Shown here one piece after another: positions 18,072-27,436 of a stretch of 38,482 nt of DNA; position 1 is the stretch's first letter; the number at the start of each line of letters is the position of its first letter. Source of the DNA: Oscillospiraceae bacterium (GTDB taxonomy: Bacteria; Bacillota; Clostridia; Oscillospirales; CAG-272); contig SVRO01000003.1 in assembly GCA_015064795.1 (NCBI GenBank), positions 1 to 38,482 of the forward strand, written 5' to 3'. The translations under genes and the position numbers were made by a program. Below the pieces are notes generated by a model. It was not told the origin of the DNA. It saw only the letters and a list, made by a program, of their open reading frames with translations, and ran no database searches.

Positions 18072-19843
18072 CATTGGATATTTTCTGCTTTTTTTACTTT
18101 GAGTATAGGAGCAAAAGCCTTTCGAAGCTTCAGCTCCACATAATCCTCACCAAATCGGTTGATAACACCCGAGACCAAGGGAATCGGCGCTTCGGAGACC
18201 TGTTTAAGAAGGTCAGTCGCCGTTTCGATAACGAATTCTTCCCCCGGTAACTCAGCATGAAAGATGCGAACATCACCGCATACTCCAAAAACAAATTTTA
18301 AAATTCTTGAGCACGGAGTTTCCAGAAAATCAAGCCGAACGATAAGAACCAATCGATCCTCTTCGTCGTATTTAAATTTGGCCGAGGATGCAACCAAAAA
18401 ATCCAATGTTCCAAAAAGACAATGCGTTTGAATCGGCGTTTCAAAGCCAAGAGGTATCTCCCTTTCCACGTTTGTCTCACGGTAAACGAGATAGGGGATT
18501 CCCTCTTTTTTTAAGAAAGAGATCGATTCAAAGCCTTTGGTATATTGGTTGTGAACACCTTGCAGAACAAGCGGCATAAGACCTACTGCGTTTTTATCTC
18601 CCTTTTCAAAAGCATAATCTCCAACGATATCCTCAAAGAGATCCTTTCCTTTTCCCACAAGCCAAGTGAAAACCCGCTCACGCCATGTTTTTTTGACGGG
18701 ATAGTAAAGGGACAGGGATTTTATTTTTGCTTGTAGGCACTTTTTTGCTTTAACGTTTTTGGGCAATACGGATTCAAAATCACGGTCAAACGCTTTTATC
18801 GCATAATGAAAATACGAGCCTGTATGGAAGAATTCACCGTTTCCCGCATGAGAGAGTAGCACGATGCCGCTTCGGCGGAAGCAAAGAACGTTCTGCCCAA
18901 GCATTCCGTTGAACAAGAAGACATCCGCGTGCTTCCCTACCCAAAACTGATAGCCGTAATCAAAATCTTGGCTTTCCTTAGTAACCTCTACGTGCTTGGC
19001 AGTGGCAATCTGCACATACTCGGAAGAAAGGATGCGCTTTCCCTCGTAAATGCCGCCTGCAAGAACCGTATGTGCGATCTTTACAAGATCCTTCGGTAAC
19101 AGGTAAAGTCCCCATCCACCTTTTTCAATATTTTGTGGCGACTTTTCCCAATAATAATTGGTAATGCCAAGCGGCGCAAAAAGACGCTCATCCAAAAAGG
19201 CTGTCAGGCTTTTTCCCGTTTTTTTCACGATGATTGCTGCAAGGAGATAGGTGTTTAAGCTATTATAACGAAAGGTTTTTCCAAGCTCACCCTTGGTTGC
19301 CGAGTTCAAAAATTCCTTCAGCCACTCGGTCGTGGTCATCGAATCCAACTCTGCAAATTGCAATGTGGATCGCATGGTAAGAACATCGTTTACGCGCAGA
19401 TCCTTGAGCTTGAGCTTGGCGATCGCCCCAAATTCCTTGGGAAATATATCCAAAATTTTTTCATCGGTGGAAAGAAGGCCGTCGTCAATCAGCATGCCGA
19501 TTGCAAGAGAAACAATGCTTTTACAAGCGGAAAACGTATGCTTCCAAATCCCCGTATCCTGTGCTCCAAAGCTTGCTTCACATAGCAGTTTCCCGTTTCT
19601 CGCGATCAAAATGCTGTGCATATTCAAAGACGGATCCTTGTGCAGTCGTTCCAGAAAATCGCAGATCAAATCCGAAGGAATCCCCGCCTCCTCAGGTAAA
19701 CAACAAGAAAGCGGCGTGCCAGAGTTCTCCACCGAAAAGGCAGGCTTAAAGGAGACCGCCTCCAAGATGGGCTCTGTCGCATTTTTGCTATCCAAAATTC
19801 TCGACAAAAGCTGTGCTGACGGTGGCAAAAGAAAAGAATTCAT
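18071..19843 (-). CDS. Serine hydrolase, beta-lactamase/AmpC-like fold, with C-terminal extension
   Basis: SxxK (FSACKS), FRYNS, LFAPLGI, GGWGL, YGYQFW, GMLGQ; about 200 extra C-terminal residues; no signal peptide. Confidence 0.87.
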   Translation of the reverse strand: MNSFLLPPSAQLLSRILDSKNATEPILEAVSFKPAFSVENSGTPLSCCLPEEAGIPSDLICDFLERLHKDPSLNMHSILIARNGKLLCEASFGAQDTGIWKHTFSACKSIVSLAIGMLIDDGLLSTDEKILDIFPKEFGAIAKLKLKDLRVNDVLTMRSTLQFAELDSMTTTEWLKEFLNSATKGELGKTFRYNSLNTYLLAAIIVKKTGKSLTAFLDERLFAPLGITNYYWEKSPQNIEKGGWGLYLLPKDLVKIAHTVLAGGIYEGKRILSSEYVQIATAKHVEVTKESQDFDYGYQFWVGKHADVFLFNGMLGQNVLCFRRSGIVLLSHAGNGEFFHTGSYFHYAIKAFDRDFESVLPKNVKAKKCLQAKIKSLSLYYPVKKTWRERVFTWLVGKGKDLFEDIVGDYAFEKGDKNAVGLMPLVLQGVHNQYTKGFESISFLKKEGIPYLVYRETNVEREIPLGFETPIQTHCLFGTLDFLVASSAKFKYDEEDRLVLIVRLDFLETPCSRILKFVFGVCGDVRIFHAELPGEEFVIETATDLLKQVSEAPIPLVSGVINRFGEDYVELKLRKAFAPILKVKKAENIQ

Positions 19844-19858
19844 AAATCCTCCTTTCTT

Positions 19859-20776
19859 TTATCGGAGTTCGTTCAAATTATAAGGTGTCGTTTGATAAAC
19901 GAAATAATTCAGCCAGTTGGAGAACAGAAGGTTTGCGTGTGCACGCCAAGTGACGAGGGGAGCCCTCGTGTCATCGTCATTCGGGAAATAGTTAAGCGGC
20001 ACGCCAATAGAAAGTCCCAAATTTTTATCACGCACATATTCTCGGTTCAAGGTTTCGGCATCGTACTCCGAGTGTCCCGTAATAAAGATCTGTCTGCCGT
20101 TTTCGGTAGAAATAGCGTAAAGTCCCGCCTCCTCGGAAGCGGCAAGCACCTTAAGCGCGGAGCAAGCCTTTACGTCTTCGGGGCGAATCGTCGTGTGTCT
20201 GGAGTGCGGAACCATAAAAACGTCGTCGAATCCACGGAACAGAATCGAGCTTTTTCGCACGACCTTGTGCGGAAATACACCAAACATTTTCTTTTCAAGC
20301 GGGTATTTTTGAATGCCGAAATGGTAATAAAGTCCCGCCTGTGCGCCCCAACAAATATGAAGCGTGCTATGAACGTGGCGCTTCGACCACTCCATGATTT
20401 CGCAAAGCTCCTTCCAATATTCCACCTCCTCAAACTCCAGCTTCTCTACGGGTGCCCCCGTAACGATCATGCCGTCAAAGGACTGATCCTTTACGTCGTC
20501 AAAGGTTTTGTAAAAGGTGCGAAGATGCTCCTTAGAAATATTTTTGGATTCATAGCTCTTAGTATGAAGCAATTCCACCTCAACCTGAAGAGCCGTATTT
20601 CCCAGCAAACGCATAAGCTGTGTCTCGGTGTCGATTTTGGTCGGCATCAAATTCACGATGGCAATGCGGAGAGGACGAATATCCTGAGAGACTGCTCGCG
20701 CCTCGTCCATAATGAAAATATTTTCATCGGTCAAGGTTTTATACGCGGGCAACTCGTTTGGTATCTTAATGGGCAT
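19859..20776 (-). CDS. metA: MetA-family homoserine O-acyltransferase (predicted acetyltransferase)
   Basis: MPIKIP, NLMPTK, TGAPVE (Glu111), ICWG (Cys142), PHSRH, GHSEYD, NWLNY. Confidence 0.96.
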   Translation of the reverse strand: MPIKIPNELPAYKTLTDENIFIMDEARAVSQDIRPLRIAIVNLMPTKIDTETQLMRLLGNTALQVEVELLHTKSYESKNISKEHLRTFYKTFDDVKDQSFDGMIVTGAPVEKLEFEEVEYWKELCEIMEWSKRHVHSTLHICWGAQAGLYYHFGIQKYPLEKKMFGVFPHKVVRKSSILFRGFDDVFMVPHSRHTTIRPEDVKACSALKVLAASEEAGLYAISTENGRQIFITGHSEYDAETLNREYVRDKNLGLSIGVPLNYFPNDDDTRAPLVTWRAHANLLFSNWLNYFVYQTTPYNLNELR

Positions 20777-20787
20777 AGTACAACTCC

Positions 20788-22071
20788 TTAATCAATCTGG
20801 TCAAGTGCCTGTTTAATGTCGTCGATCAGATCCTGCGCATTCTCAATGCCGCAGGAAAGCCGAACGAGGTCGGGCGAAACGCCTGCCGCCAAAAGCTCGT
20901 CATCGGTCATCTGGCGGTGCGTAGCACTTGCAGGATGCAAGCAGCAGGAGCGCGCGTCGGCAACGTGCGTTTCGATAGCAATCACGCGAAGCTTCTTCAT
21001 AAAGCTCTCTGCTGCCTTACGTCCACCCTTTACACCGAAGCTTACGACACCGCAAGAACCGTTCGGCAGATATTTTTCGGCAAGAGCGTGATATTTATCG
21101 TTTTTAAGGCCGCAATATCTGACCCAAGAGATTTTGTCACTGCTCTCAAGGAATTCGGCAACCGCCTGCGCGTTTTCGCAATGACGCTTCATACGAACGT
21201 GAAGGCTTTCGAGGCCAAGATTCAAAAGATATGCGTTGAAAGGAGCTTGGATCGAGCCGAAGTCACGCATAAGCTGTGCCGTTGCCTTGGTAATAAACGC
21301 GCCCTCAAGACCGAATCTTTCGGCGTAAACGACGCCGTGATAGCTGTCATCGGGTGTGCAAAGACCTGCAAATTTTTCAGGATACTTCGTCCAATCAAAT
21401 TTTCCCGAGTCCACGATACATCCACCGACGGCCGATCCGTGACCGTCCATGTACTTGGTGGTGGAATGCGTTACAATATCCGCGCCCCACTCAAACGGGC
21501 GGCAATTCACAGGCGTTGCAAAGGTGTTGTCAATGATCAGCGGAACGCCGTGCTTGTGTGCGGCATTCGCAAAGCGCTCAATATCTAAAACGCAGAGTGC
21601 GGGATTGGCAATGGTCTCACCAAACACCGCCTTGGTATTCGGCCTAAAGGCTGCCTCCAGCTCCTCGTCTGTGCAGTCGGGCGACACAAAGGTGAATTCA
21701 ATCCCCATCTTGCGCATGGTTACGGCAAACAGGTTGAAGGTACCGCCGTAAATCGACGAGCTGGACACAATATGGTCGCCACAGGTGGCGATATTGAAGA
21801 TGGCGTAGAAGTTCGCCGCCTGTCCAGACGAGGTCAGCATAGCAGCACATCCGCCCTCAAGCTCTGCAATTTTGGCGGCCACGAGATCGTTGGTCGGATT
21901 CTGAAGGCGAGAGTAGAAATAACCCGATGCCTCCAGATCAAACAGCTTTCCCATATCCTCGCTCGTATCGTATTTAAAGGTCGTGCTCTGCACGATCGGA
22001 ATCTGGCGAGGTTCGCCGTTTCCGGGGGTGTAGCCCCCCTGTACGCAAATAGTTTCCAATCTTTTTTTCAT
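20788..22071 (-). CDS. metY: O-acetylhomoserine sulfhydrylase (aminocarboxypropyltransferase), PLP-dependent
   Basis: [47 protein letters not shown]; start at ATG 22071 behind GAAAGGA. Confidence 0.93.
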   Translation of the reverse strand: MKKRLETICVQGGYTPGNGEPRQIPIVQSTTFKYDTSEDMGKLFDLEASGYFYSRLQNPTNDLVAAKIAELEGGCAAMLTSSGQAANFYAIFNIATCGDHIVSSSSIYGGTFNLFAVTMRKMGIEFTFVSPDCTDEELEAAFRPNTKAVFGETIANPALCVLDIERFANAAHKHGVPLIIDNTFATPVNCRPFEWGADIVTHSTTKYMDGHGSAVGGCIVDSGKFDWTKYPEKFAGLCTPDDSYHGVVYAERFGLEGAFITKATAQLMRDFGSIQAPFNAYLLNLGLESLHVRMKRHCENAQAVAEFLESSDKISWVRYCGLKNDKYHALAEKYLPNGSCGVVSFGVKGGRKAAESFMKKLRVIAIETHVADARSCCLHPASATHRQMTDDELLAAGVSPDLVRLSCGIENAQDLIDDIKQALDQID

Positions 22072-22096
22072 GATATATCGTTTCCTTTCTGTTGAA

Positions 22097-22843
22097 TTAT
22101 CGGAATGTTGTAACGCCGTCCGCAAGGAAAGCGTTCGTTCTCATTATGGTTACCCAAAACGTCTCTTCGTCGGTTTGGTCAATTTCACACTCCTTACAAA
22201 GCATATCCAAAAGGAGCGTGGGATTTAAATAATTGTCACTGCTTACGTTCAAAACGGCATTTACCTTGACCGTACCCGAAAGCTCATCGTAACAGGCGTC
22301 AAAGGAATGGATCTGCGGGATCATGTCAAATTCCTTTTCGCCCGATTTGGTGGTTTTGGTGGCCATCCATGAGGGCCTTGCCGCAAGCGCGTTCATCGTT
22401 TTCGCGACTTTCTCGGAAAGTCCTGCGTAAGAAATCTCCATTTCATAACCTGACCAAACGTAATCCGAAAATTTGGTTTCGGGAATATAAACATCGAGAA
22501 TACGCATCTCCTCTGTCACCTCACGGTTAAGAAGCGTTTTGATTTCCTCGCATGAGATCTCTCGCTCAATGCGGATGTCCAGCATCTCGCATTCGCTCTG
22601 TGTACCGATGGAAAGCGGCGTGGAAAAGACCAGCTTAATATGCGGGTTAAATCCTTTGGTATACCAAACGGGGATTCCCGCACGCGAAAGAATGCGATGC
22701 ATCGTTCGCTGAAGATCCAAATGGGAAATATACTGCAGATCTCCCACCTTGCGAAAACGAATACGCACGTTGATCGGCTCGTCAAGAAGTGGACGGTCTT
22801 TTTTGGTATAACAGGCTTTCAGCTCTTTGCTTTCGGACAACAC
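22097..22843 (-). CDS. TIGR03936/DUF2344 radical SAM-associated protein
   Basis: RIRFRKVG..QYISHLDLQR, YTKGFNPH, PLSIG..SECE; directly follows the radical SAM gene. Confidence 0.9.
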   Translation of the reverse strand: MLSESKELKACYTKKDRPLLDEPINVRIRFRKVGDLQYISHLDLQRTMHRILSRAGIPVWYTKGFNPHIKLVFSTPLSIGTQSECEMLDIRIEREISCEEIKTLLNREVTEEMRILDVYIPETKFSDYVWSGYEMEISYAGLSEKVAKTMNALAARPSWMATKTTKSGEKEFDMIPQIHSFDACYDELSGTVKVNAVLNVSSDNYLNPTLLLDMLCKECEIDQTDEETFWVTIMRTNAFLADGVTTFR

Positions 22844-24687
22844 GACCTCTCACCTCCCAGCTTATTAGCACCACAACCGCTGCACTGCTCGCGGCAATTC
22901 GGTGTGGTTCGTTCTTCATATGCCTTTTCGCTTTCGCGCAAAAAGAAGCTCTTTTCTACCCCGCAATCAATGATATCCCAAGGAAGCACCTCGTCCTTAC
23001 CAAATGTGCGGTTGGCGTAAAAGGCAGGATCAATGCCTGCTTTTTCAAAAACAGACAGCCATTTGTCATAATCGAAATATTCGTCCCATGCGTCAAAAAC
23101 AAAACCTTCGTCGGCCGCGATCGCAAGTGCCTTGGCAAGCTTACGGTCGCCTCTGGCAAGGACCGCCTCCACGCGCGACGTGCCGGGATCGTGGAAGAGA
23201 TAGCGAATTTTACGGTCATTGATCCTATCTCCGATCAATTCCTGCTTCCTTACAAATTCTTCTGCGCTATCCTGCGCCTCCCACTGAAAAGGCGTGAAGG
23301 GCTTCGGAACGAAGCAGGCTACGCTGATGGTCACCTGCGGTGCGCGCGCCTTGTTGCGCTTTGGATTTTTATAAAACTCGTCAAGCACCTTCTTGGCCAG
23401 TGCTACGATTCCTTCAAGATCCTCGTCGGTTTCGGTAGGCAGACCCATCATGAAATACAGCTTGACCTGCGTTTTTCCCGACTCAAACGCCACGTTTACC
23501 GCACGCAGCAAATCCTCCTCAAAGACGTTTTTGTTGATCACGTCACGAAGCCGTTGCGTACCCGCCTCGGGCGCGAAGGTCAGCGACGCACTTCGCACGG
23601 ACGCCACCTTGTCCATCAGCTCCTTGGTAAAGCTATCCACACGAAGCGACGGCAAGGAAAGGCTGACCATATGTTCATCCGTCCAGGAAAGAAGTGTGTC
23701 GGTAAGCTCGGGGAGTCTGGAGTAGTCACTGATCGAAAGCGAGGAAAGCGAGATTTCGTCATAACCCGTAGACTCAAACAAGCATTTGGCCTGACGGTTT
23801 AAGACCTCGGGGCTTTTTTCTCTTACCGGGCGGTATACCATACCCGCCTGGCAGAATCGGCACCCGCGGATACAGCCTCGGTAAACCTCAAGCATAATGC
23901 GGTCGTGTACCGTTTCAATGTAAGGCATAACTACCTTTTCCGGGAAATACGACGCATCCAAATCTTTCATGATACGCTTGGTGATTTTGGCGGGAATGTC
24001 GTCATAAACGGGGCGGTATTCCTTCACTGTGCCGTCCTCGTTGTAGGATACATCATAAAAGGACGGAACGTAAAGTCCACCGATCGTACGCGCCGCCTCA
24101 TGAAGAAATTCGCGCTTGGAATAGTGTCCGCTTTCCTTCATTTTAATGTAGAGCTTGGTGAACTCCACGAGCATATCCTCGCCCTCTCCGATCGAGAAGC
24201 AGTCGAAGAAATCGGCCACGGGCTCGGCGTTATACGCACACGGGCCGCCACCGATAATGATCGGGAGCTCGTCATCTCGATCCTTGGCGTAAAGCGGAAT
24301 GTTGGCAAGCTTGAGCATAGCCAGCACATTGGTGTAGGACATTTCATACTGAAGTGTAAAACCGATGATGTCAAAATCGGTAAGCTTGTCCTTGCTCTCG
24401 TGTGCGGTCAGCGGAAGTCCGTGCTTCTGCATTTTTTCCATCATATCAGTCCAGGGCATGTAAGCACGCTCACACCAAATGTCCTCTTCCTTATTCAGCG
24501 CGCCGTACAAAATACGAACGCCGAGGTTGGACATTCCGATCTCATACGAGTCGGGAAAGCAAAAGGCCCATCTTGCCTTGATCTTGCTTTTATCCTTTAG
24601 GATCTGATTATATTCTCCGCCCGAATAGCGACCGGGCTTGGAGACTGATTTTAAAATTGTACTTCTGTTTTTCATGTTATTACTCAT
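22819..24687 (-). CDS. TIGR03960-family B12-binding radical SAM protein
   Basis: KPGRYSGGE, FPDSYEIGMSNLG, GFTLQYE, GGPCAYNAEP, CIRGCRFC (CxxxCxxC), TFAPEAGTQRLR, YFMMGLPTET, C-terminal Cys cluster; start uncertain (24687 via ATGA overlap, or 24675). Confidence 0.93.
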   Translation of the reverse strand: MSNNMKNRSTILKSVSKPGRYSGGEYNQILKDKSKIKARWAFCFPDSYEIGMSNLGVRILYGALNKEEDIWCERAYMPWTDMMEKMQKHGLPLTAHESKDKLTDFDIIGFTLQYEMSYTNVLAMLKLANIPLYAKDRDDELPIIIGGGPCAYNAEPVADFFDCFSIGEGEDMLVEFTKLYIKMKESGHYSKREFLHEAARTIGGLYVPSFYDVSYNEDGTVKEYRPVYDDIPAKITKRIMKDLDASYFPEKVVMPYIETVHDRIMLEVYRGCIRGCRFCQAGMVYRPVREKSPEVLNRQAKCLFESTGYDEISLSSLSISDYSRLPELTDTLLSWTDEHMVSLSLPSLRVDSFTKELMDKVASVRSASLTFAPEAGTQRLRDVINKNVFEEDLLRAVNVAFESGKTQVKLYFMMGLPTETDEDLEGIVALAKKVLDEFYKNPKRNKARAPQVTISVACFVPKPFTPFQWEAQDSAEEFVRKQELIGDRINDRKIRYLFHDPGTSRVEAVLARGDRKLAKALAIAADEGFVFDAWDEYFDYDKWLSVFEKAGIDPAFYANRTFGKDEVLPWDIIDCGVEKSFFLRESEKAYEERTTPNCREQCSGCGANKLGGERSCCPKAKS

Positions 24688-27413
24688 TTCAGTTTGGATT
24701 TCGTGTATATCAGCGAAGGCACTAACCAAAGCACCTGATAGATCACAATATACAAGGAAGGAACATACGCATACAGTTTTCCCACCATAACGAACGCGGA
24801 TAAAATTACGCCCAGCAAGAGCGACAAAAGGCGGAAGCATCTCTGCTTGCTATAAATACGCTTGATGTTAAAGCATTGCTCCAGGATCTTGAAGATCATA
24901 TGCGAATTCTTCGAGGTGACGATTCCGCTATCCGAATGCTTTCCGATGGGAATAAGCTCGTTAGGTGTAGGACGTATGACCTTGATGGACACATTCTTAT
25001 CGTTTCGAAGTGCTGCAATCATTTTCTCGTTCACGTTGGGATCCAGGGTTCGAATACCAACGCGAACACCGTTTCTCAACATCTCTGCGGCAAATTTTTC
25101 AAAACGCTGGGTAACCGTATACTGCACGTAAAGCTTCGCACAAAGCTCACCACCAATTGCCAAATACAGAATACAGATCTGTCCGCTTTCGATTTTTTTC
25201 TCGTCGTCAGTGTTACGCTTTGGGAAATATCCATGACTTCGCATAAAAGCAAGATTGCCGATGTAAACCGTTTGATCCTCAACAGTTGCTTTCACGCCAC
25301 CAACCGAAATATCGGTGATGCGTACGTTTTCTTTTTTCTCAATCTCCTTGGCCGAATTATCAAAAACGTTGCAAAGCGGTGCGCCGATAACGGTAAAGAC
25401 CGAAAGTGCATAAGAAAGCAACGAATAAAAGTCCATATCGTTATAAGAACGAACGCCAACCACGCGCGCACCGTGTTTTCCAAACATTTCCGAGTCCTCA
25501 AGGTAGATCGTATCGGTGTCGTTGTACTCCTCAGATACGGCGTCGCCGATCACCGCACTGTCAAGCTTGGAAAGTCCCTTCGTCAAGTGGAAGAAAGGAT
25601 ATATGTTGGCAATCAGAAATTGCATCGGCACGCAAATAAACATGGAAAAGGCAAACGACGCAAAGAAGGTGGAAATATCGTCGGTCAAAAACAAGGAAAA
25701 CAAGGAAACCACAAGAGCACCGAGAGTCGAAAAAGCAAGCTCATGGAAATATTCCGAAAGCTGAAGGGATCGGCGACCTGAGCGCGTGAAGAAGTTGCCC
25801 ACGAAAGTAACCTTCTCCACGAAGAATTCCTGCCCAAACGAAAAAACGTTGGATTCGTTTTGTGCCTTTTCTTCCAATCGTTCAAGTGAAAGCTTTGGTT
25901 TGCGATCCGAAACGACATCAAAGGCCAACCTTTCGCGCGTAAGACGCATACCATCGTCCGCAATACCAAACAAGAGGAAGATCGCCATTGCAAAATTGTA
26001 AACAGACATTCCGCTCTCTCGGAAAAAGAGCAAAACAATAAGATTATACGTAAAATTCAGCACAGAAAGACAAGCAATTGGTCCAAAAGGATCCCCCTGT
26101 AATACCATACACGAACGAAGTCCAATTCCTATCCTTTTGCGCGAAATAGCAATGAGCAATGCAGATAAGAGCAGTGCCGTAAAGTAATAAACCGACGGCT
26201 GATTCAGCCAATTTGAAAGATATGGCAGTCTTATGGCCGTCATGGGTAGATTTTCAAGGAACAGGATCAAAATACTCAAAAAAAATGTAGCGATCAAACG
26301 GTCACGAATCCTTCGGTTCTCGGAGGCATATCGCTTTTTTATAGAATCGATCTGTTTTGCATTGCGAAACTCCTCGCCGTCGTATCCGTACGTACGCTCA
26401 CCGGTGAATTCCTCAAAGAATGGGTCGTAAAATCCGTTTCTGGCAGAGCGAACGCGTGCATACCCCACCGAGCTTTCAAGCGCTTCCTTGCTACCGAGGG
26501 CTAACGCGAGATTGATATCAATATCATCAAAGTCCGGTGCGTCGATCGGCTCTTCTTCACGCAGTTTGTTTTCGGTTTTCGTTTTGCCCAAGCCAAAAAA
26601 ACGATTTGCCTCGTCATCCTCTAAATACAGGTCTTTATATTCGTCAAGAGGCTCGTAGCAAATTTTTTCCTCGCGTGCATCCAAAAGAATCAGCATGTCC
26701 TCTGCTTTCGTTTTCTCCTGTGAAAAAGAAACGCTCTCGTCCTTTGGTACATTCGCTTCGCAAGAAACAGCATTATCCAAAAGAATGTCCGCGTTGTCGG
26801 CAAGAGATTCCTTGTCCAATAGCCCAATGTCTTCTAACAACAGTGGCTCGCATTCGTCCGCAGCAAGATTTTCTTCGGGCTCAATTGCTTCTGACAGCTT
26901 GTCTACAGGGTCTTGGACAACCGGCTCGTTATCCGCATCACTTAGCATTTCCGAATTGTCGGTATCCACTTCCGAATGAAGCTTCTCCACCTTTTTTGGT
27001 AAGTTCCAAATCTCATCTGCGGAAACCGAATCGGAAACAAGGCTTTCCACGCGCTCGCGAAGCTTTTCTTCAAGCTCGGGATCTTCAACCTCCGCTTCGG
27101 GCTCATCTACAGCCAAAGCCTCCTCGACATCAAGAAAAATAACCGTTTCATCTTCCGCGACAACGGGCGTTCCCGCGGTATCCTCACCCGTTTCTACGGC
27201 AAACTCATACCCTTCGATGTTGTATTCCGAAGGTTCACAAGACTCGGCTTCCTTTTTGGGGGCACCGATATTTTTTTTCAAAAGATCAAGAAGCTCCTCG
27301 GGTGTTTCACCGCTCGGCTTCACCGAATCCACACCGGGAGCAGACTTCTTTTCCACCTTTTGCTGAAGGCGTGCAAGAAGCTCGGATATTTCGTTATTCG
27401 GCTTATTTTCCAT
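24684..27413 (-). CDS. Membrane protein with long acidic N-terminus and degenerate P1B-type ATPase-like body
   Basis: About 350 aa Asp/Glu-rich N-terminus; hydrophobic helices arranged 4+2+2; segments resembling CopA/ZntA N and P domains (GGVKATVEDQTVYIGN, LYLAIGGELCA), but no DKTGT, TGE or GDGxND; ATG 27413 follows GCGGAG. Confidence 0.72.
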   Translation of the reverse strand: MENKPNNEISELLARLQQKVEKKSAPGVDSVKPSGETPEELLDLLKKNIGAPKKEAESCEPSEYNIEGYEFAVETGEDTAGTPVVAEDETVIFLDVEEALAVDEPEAEVEDPELEEKLRERVESLVSDSVSADEIWNLPKKVEKLHSEVDTDNSEMLSDADNEPVVQDPVDKLSEAIEPEENLAADECEPLLLEDIGLLDKESLADNADILLDNAVSCEANVPKDESVSFSQEKTKAEDMLILLDAREEKICYEPLDEYKDLYLEDDEANRFFGLGKTKTENKLREEEPIDAPDFDDIDINLALALGSKEALESSVGYARVRSARNGFYDPFFEEFTGERTYGYDGEEFRNAKQIDSIKKRYASENRRIRDRLIATFFLSILILFLENLPMTAIRLPYLSNWLNQPSVYYFTALLLSALLIAISRKRIGIGLRSCMVLQGDPFGPIACLSVLNFTYNLIVLLFFRESGMSVYNFAMAIFLLFGIADDGMRLTRERLAFDVVSDRKPKLSLERLEEKAQNESNVFSFGQEFFVEKVTFVGNFFTRSGRRSLQLSEYFHELAFSTLGALVVSLFSLFLTDDISTFFASFAFSMFICVPMQFLIANIYPFFHLTKGLSKLDSAVIGDAVSEEYNDTDTIYLEDSEMFGKHGARVVGVRSYNDMDFYSLLSYALSVFTVIGAPLCNVFDNSAKEIEKKENVRITDISVGGVKATVEDQTVYIGNLAFMRSHGYFPKRNTDDEKKIESGQICILYLAIGGELCAKLYVQYTVTQRFEKFAAEMLRNGVRVGIRTLDPNVNEKMIAALRNDKNVSIKVIRPTPNELIPIGKHSDSGIVTSKNSHMIFKILEQCFNIKRIYSKQRCFRLLSLLLGVILSAFVMVGKLYAYVPSLYIVIYQVLWLVPSLIYTKSKLK

Positions 27414-27436
27414 AATCTTTCTCCGCAAAATTTCGT

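Noticed and set aside
24684-27413. Functional heavy-metal-transporting ATPase
   Set aside because: No DKTGT, TGE, HP or GDGxND motif and no CxxC metal-binding domain.
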